A stretch of DNA of 64,000 nucleotides, from NCBI GenBank assembly GCA_030390025.1, contig CM059425.1, positions 186,868,001-186,932,000 of the forward strand, read 5' to 3'. The stretch is from Squalus acanthias (Eukaryota). A model generated the notes under the pieces. The model searched no databases. It was given only the letters and a program-made list of their open reading frames with translations, and was not told where the DNA came from. The position numbers and the translations under genes were made by a program. Shown in pieces: positions 61,014 through 64,000 of the stretch. Position 1 is the stretch's first letter. Every line of letters begins with the position of its first letter.

Positions 61014-61253
61014 GTACCTGGATTTTTGCTGCCTGTGGGTGGGTGATGATATTGGGGCCAGCGTGAATAACCATGTGCTAAAGTCATCAATTCTACATTT
61101 TTATCTTTTTATTAAAAGATATATATATTGCTCTGCCAGTGGTTAGTGGGTAAATGCACCTCAGGATTGTGGTACTGAGCCATGCAACACTTTTTGTTAG
61201 ATTTTATAACATTTATATAGTGCCTTTAATATAGAAACTATCCCACGACACTT

Positions 61254-64000
61254 TAGAATCATAGAAATTTACGGCACAGAAGGAGGCCATTCGTCCCATC
61301 GTGTCTGTGCCGGCCGAAAGAGCTATCCAGCCTAATCCCACTTTCCAGCTCTTGGTCCGTAGCCCTGTAGGTTACGGCACTTCAAGTGCATATCCAAGTA
61401 CTTTTTAAATGCGATGAGGGTTTCTGCCTCTACCACCCTTTCAGGCAGTGAGTTCCAGACCCCCACCACCCTCTGGATGAAAAAAGTTCTCCTCAACTCC
61501 CCTCTAATCCTTCTACCAATTACTTTAAATCTATGCCACCTGGTTATTGACTTCTCTGCTAAGGGAAATAGGACCTTTCTATCCACTCTATCTAGACCCC
61601 TCATAATTTTATACACCTCAATTAAGTCTCCCGTCAGCCTCCTATGTTCCAAAGAAAACAACCCCAGCCGTTTCCAAACTTTCTTAATAGCTAAAATTCT
61701 CCCGTCCTGGCAACATCCTCGTAAATCTCCTCTGTACCGTCTCTCATGCAATCACATATTTCCTGTAATGTGGTGACCAGAACTGTACACAGTACTCTAG
61801 CTGTGGCCTAACTAGTGTTTTATACAGTTCAAGCATAACCTCCCTGCTCTTATATTCTGTGCCTCAGTTAATAAAGGAAAGTATCCCGTATGCCTTCTTA
61901 ACCACCTTATCTACCTGTCCTGCTACCTCCAAGGATCTGTGGACATGCACTGCAAGGCCCCTCTGTTCCTCTACATTTCTCAGTATCCTACCATTTATTG
62001 TGTATTCCCTTGCCTTGTTAGCCCTCCCCAAATGCATTACCTCCCTCAGAGGATGAGACTGGGGAATTAATAATGGGGAACAGGGAAATGGCAGAGACTC
62101 TGAACAAATATTTTTGTATCTGTCTTCACAGTAGAAGACACTAACAACATCTCAATAATAGATAATCAAGGGGTCACAGGGAGGGGGGAACTAAAGACAA
62201 TCACTATCACTAAGGATATCGTACTTGGTAAAATAATGGGACGAAAAGATGACAAGTCCCCTGGACCAGATGGCCTGCACCCCAGGGTCTTCAAAAAAGT
62301 GGCTGCAGAGATAGTGGATGCATTGGTTGCAATATACCAAAATTCCCTGGACTCTGGAGAGGTCCCAGCAGATTGGAAAATCACAAATGTAACACCCCTA
62401 TTTAAGAAAGGAGGGAGACAGAAAGCAGGAAACTATAGACCAGTTAGCCTAACATCTGTTGTTGGGAAAATGCTGGAGTCCTTCATTAAGGAAGCAGTAG
62501 CAGGGCATTTGGAAAATCATAATGCAGTCAAGCAGAGTCAGCATGGTTTTATGAAAGGGAAATCATGTTTAACAATTTGCTAGAGTTCTTTGAGGATGTA
62601 ACGAGCAGGGTGGACAAAGATGAGCCAGTGGATGTGGTGTATTTGGATTTCCAGAAGGCATTCAATAAGGTGCCACATAAAAGGTTACTGCATAAGATAA
62701 GAGCTCACGGAATTGGGGGTAATATATTAGCATGGATAGAGAATTGGCTAACTAACAGAAAGCAGAGAGTCGGGATAAATGGGTCATTTTCTGGTTGGCA
62801 AACGGTAACTAGTGGGGTGCCACAGGGATCGGTGCTGGGGCCTCAACTATTTACAATCTACATTAATGACTTGGATGAAGGAACCGAGTGTAATGTAGCC
62901 AAGTTTGCGGATGATACAAAGATGGGTGGAAAAGCAAGCTGTGTAGAGGACTCAAAGAATCTGCAAAGGGATATAGACAGGCTAAGTGAGTGGGCAAACA
63001 TTTGGCAGATGGAGTATAATGTGGGAAAGTGCGAGGTTATCCACTTTGGCAGGAAAAATAAAAAAGCAAACTATTATTTAAATGGAGAGAGATTACAAAA
63101 TGCTACAGTTCAGAGGGACCTGGAGGCCCTTGTGCATGAAACACAAAAGGTTAGCATGCAGTTACAGCAAGTAATCAAAAAGGCAAATGGAATGTTGGCC
63201 TTTATTTCAAGGGGGTTGGAGTATAAAAGCAGGGAAGTCCTGCTACAACTGTACAGGGTATTGGTGAGACAACACCTTGAGTACTGCGTACAGTTTTGGT
63301 CTCCTTATTTAAGGAAGGATATACTTGCATTGGAGGCAGTTCAGAGACGATTCACTAGGTTAATTCCTGAGATGAGGGGGTTGACTTATGAGGAAAGGTT
63401 GAGCAGGCTGGGCCTATTCTCATTGGAATTTAGAAGAATGAGAGGTGATCTTATTGAAACATATAAGATACTGAGGGGGCTCGACAAGGTAGATGCAGAG
63501 AGGATGTTTCCCCTCGTGGGGAAATCTAGAACTCGGGGGCACAGTTTCAGAATAAAGGGTCGCCCTTTTAGAACTGAGATGAGGAGGAATTTCTTCTCTC
63601 AGAGGGTCAGAAATCTGTGGAATTCTCTGCCCCAGAGAGCTGTGGAGGCTGGGTCATTAAATACATTTAAGGTGGAGATAGACAAATATTTGCAAGACAA
63701 GGGAGTGAAAGGTTATGGGGAGCGGGCTGGGAAGTGGCTTTGAGCCCAAGATCAGCCATGATCTTATTGAATGGAGGAGCAGGCTCGAGGGGCCAAGTGG
63801 CCTATTCCTGCTCCTATTTCTTATGATCTTATGTTCTCACACTTCTCCGGATTACATTCCATTTGCCACTTTTCTGCCCACCTGGCCCGTCCATTGATAT
63901 CTTCCTGCAGGTTCTCCCTCACTATCAACCACACGGCCAATTTTTGTATCAGCTGCAAACTTCTTAAACATGCCCCCTATATTGATGTCTAAATCATTGA
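61254..64000 (-). mobile_element. CR1 LINE (61254-62043, resuming at 63836 to the window end) split by another CR1
   Basis: Tail tagaatcatagaaatttacggcacagaaggaggcc; ORF LGLFSLEHRRLTGDLIEVYKIM..WNSLPERVVEA; aaatgcattacctc|acacttctccgg is continuous across the insertion. Confidence 0.88.
62044..63835 (+). mobile_element. 5'-truncated CR1 LINE with a nearly intact RT (frameshift near 62575)
   Basis: KSPGPDGLHP, NYRPVSLTS, YLDFQKAF, GVPQGSVLGP, KFADD; tail cctgctcctatttcttatgatcttatgtt; TSD CTC at 62041-62043 and 63836-63838. Confidence 0.93.

Noticed and set aside
58545-61046. 833-aa ORF as a complete single-exon gene
   Set aside because: The frame is open upstream to a canonical acceptor at 58514 and joins two further exons; the last 10 codons are intron read-through.
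62236-63743. Active or domesticated reverse transcriptase gene
   Set aside because: 5'-truncated, frameshifted near 62575, no endonuclease domain, and has a TSD and tail typical of a dead CR1 copy.
1-64000. CRISPR array, operon, prophage or other prokaryote-type system
   Set aside because: No regularly spaced direct repeats or dense ORFs; the sequence is spliceosomal intron/exon DNA with vertebrate repeats.

Overview
Vertebrate genomic DNA, very probably an elasmobranch (shark), judged from SacSINE1/Deu-type SINEs, an HE1-like SINE and HER1/CR1 LINEs. The window lies inside one + strand gene, ZNF608 (Brakeless/Scribbler family, paralog of ZNF609). Three phase-compatible internal coding exons are visible: 16011-16263, 53468-53555 (missed by the ORF track) and 58514-61013 (2500 nt, carrying the single C2H2 finger). 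The start and end of the gene lie outside the window. The introns hold nested CR1 and L2 LINEs, two tRNA-derived SINE families, a set of PIF/Harbinger-type MITEs, a truncated Harbinger remnant encoding a Myb/SANT domain, several fold-back elements and repeat-free stretches that look like conserved non-coding elements. No prokaryote-type system is present. The best leads are RNA-structural: reverse-complementary CR1 copies tightly bracket the 2.5-kb exon (back-splicing/circRNA geometry with competing partners), and there is a candidate internal promoter/alternative first exon. All calls are by eye; repeat family names come from recalled consensus features and need Dfam/Repbase confirmation.
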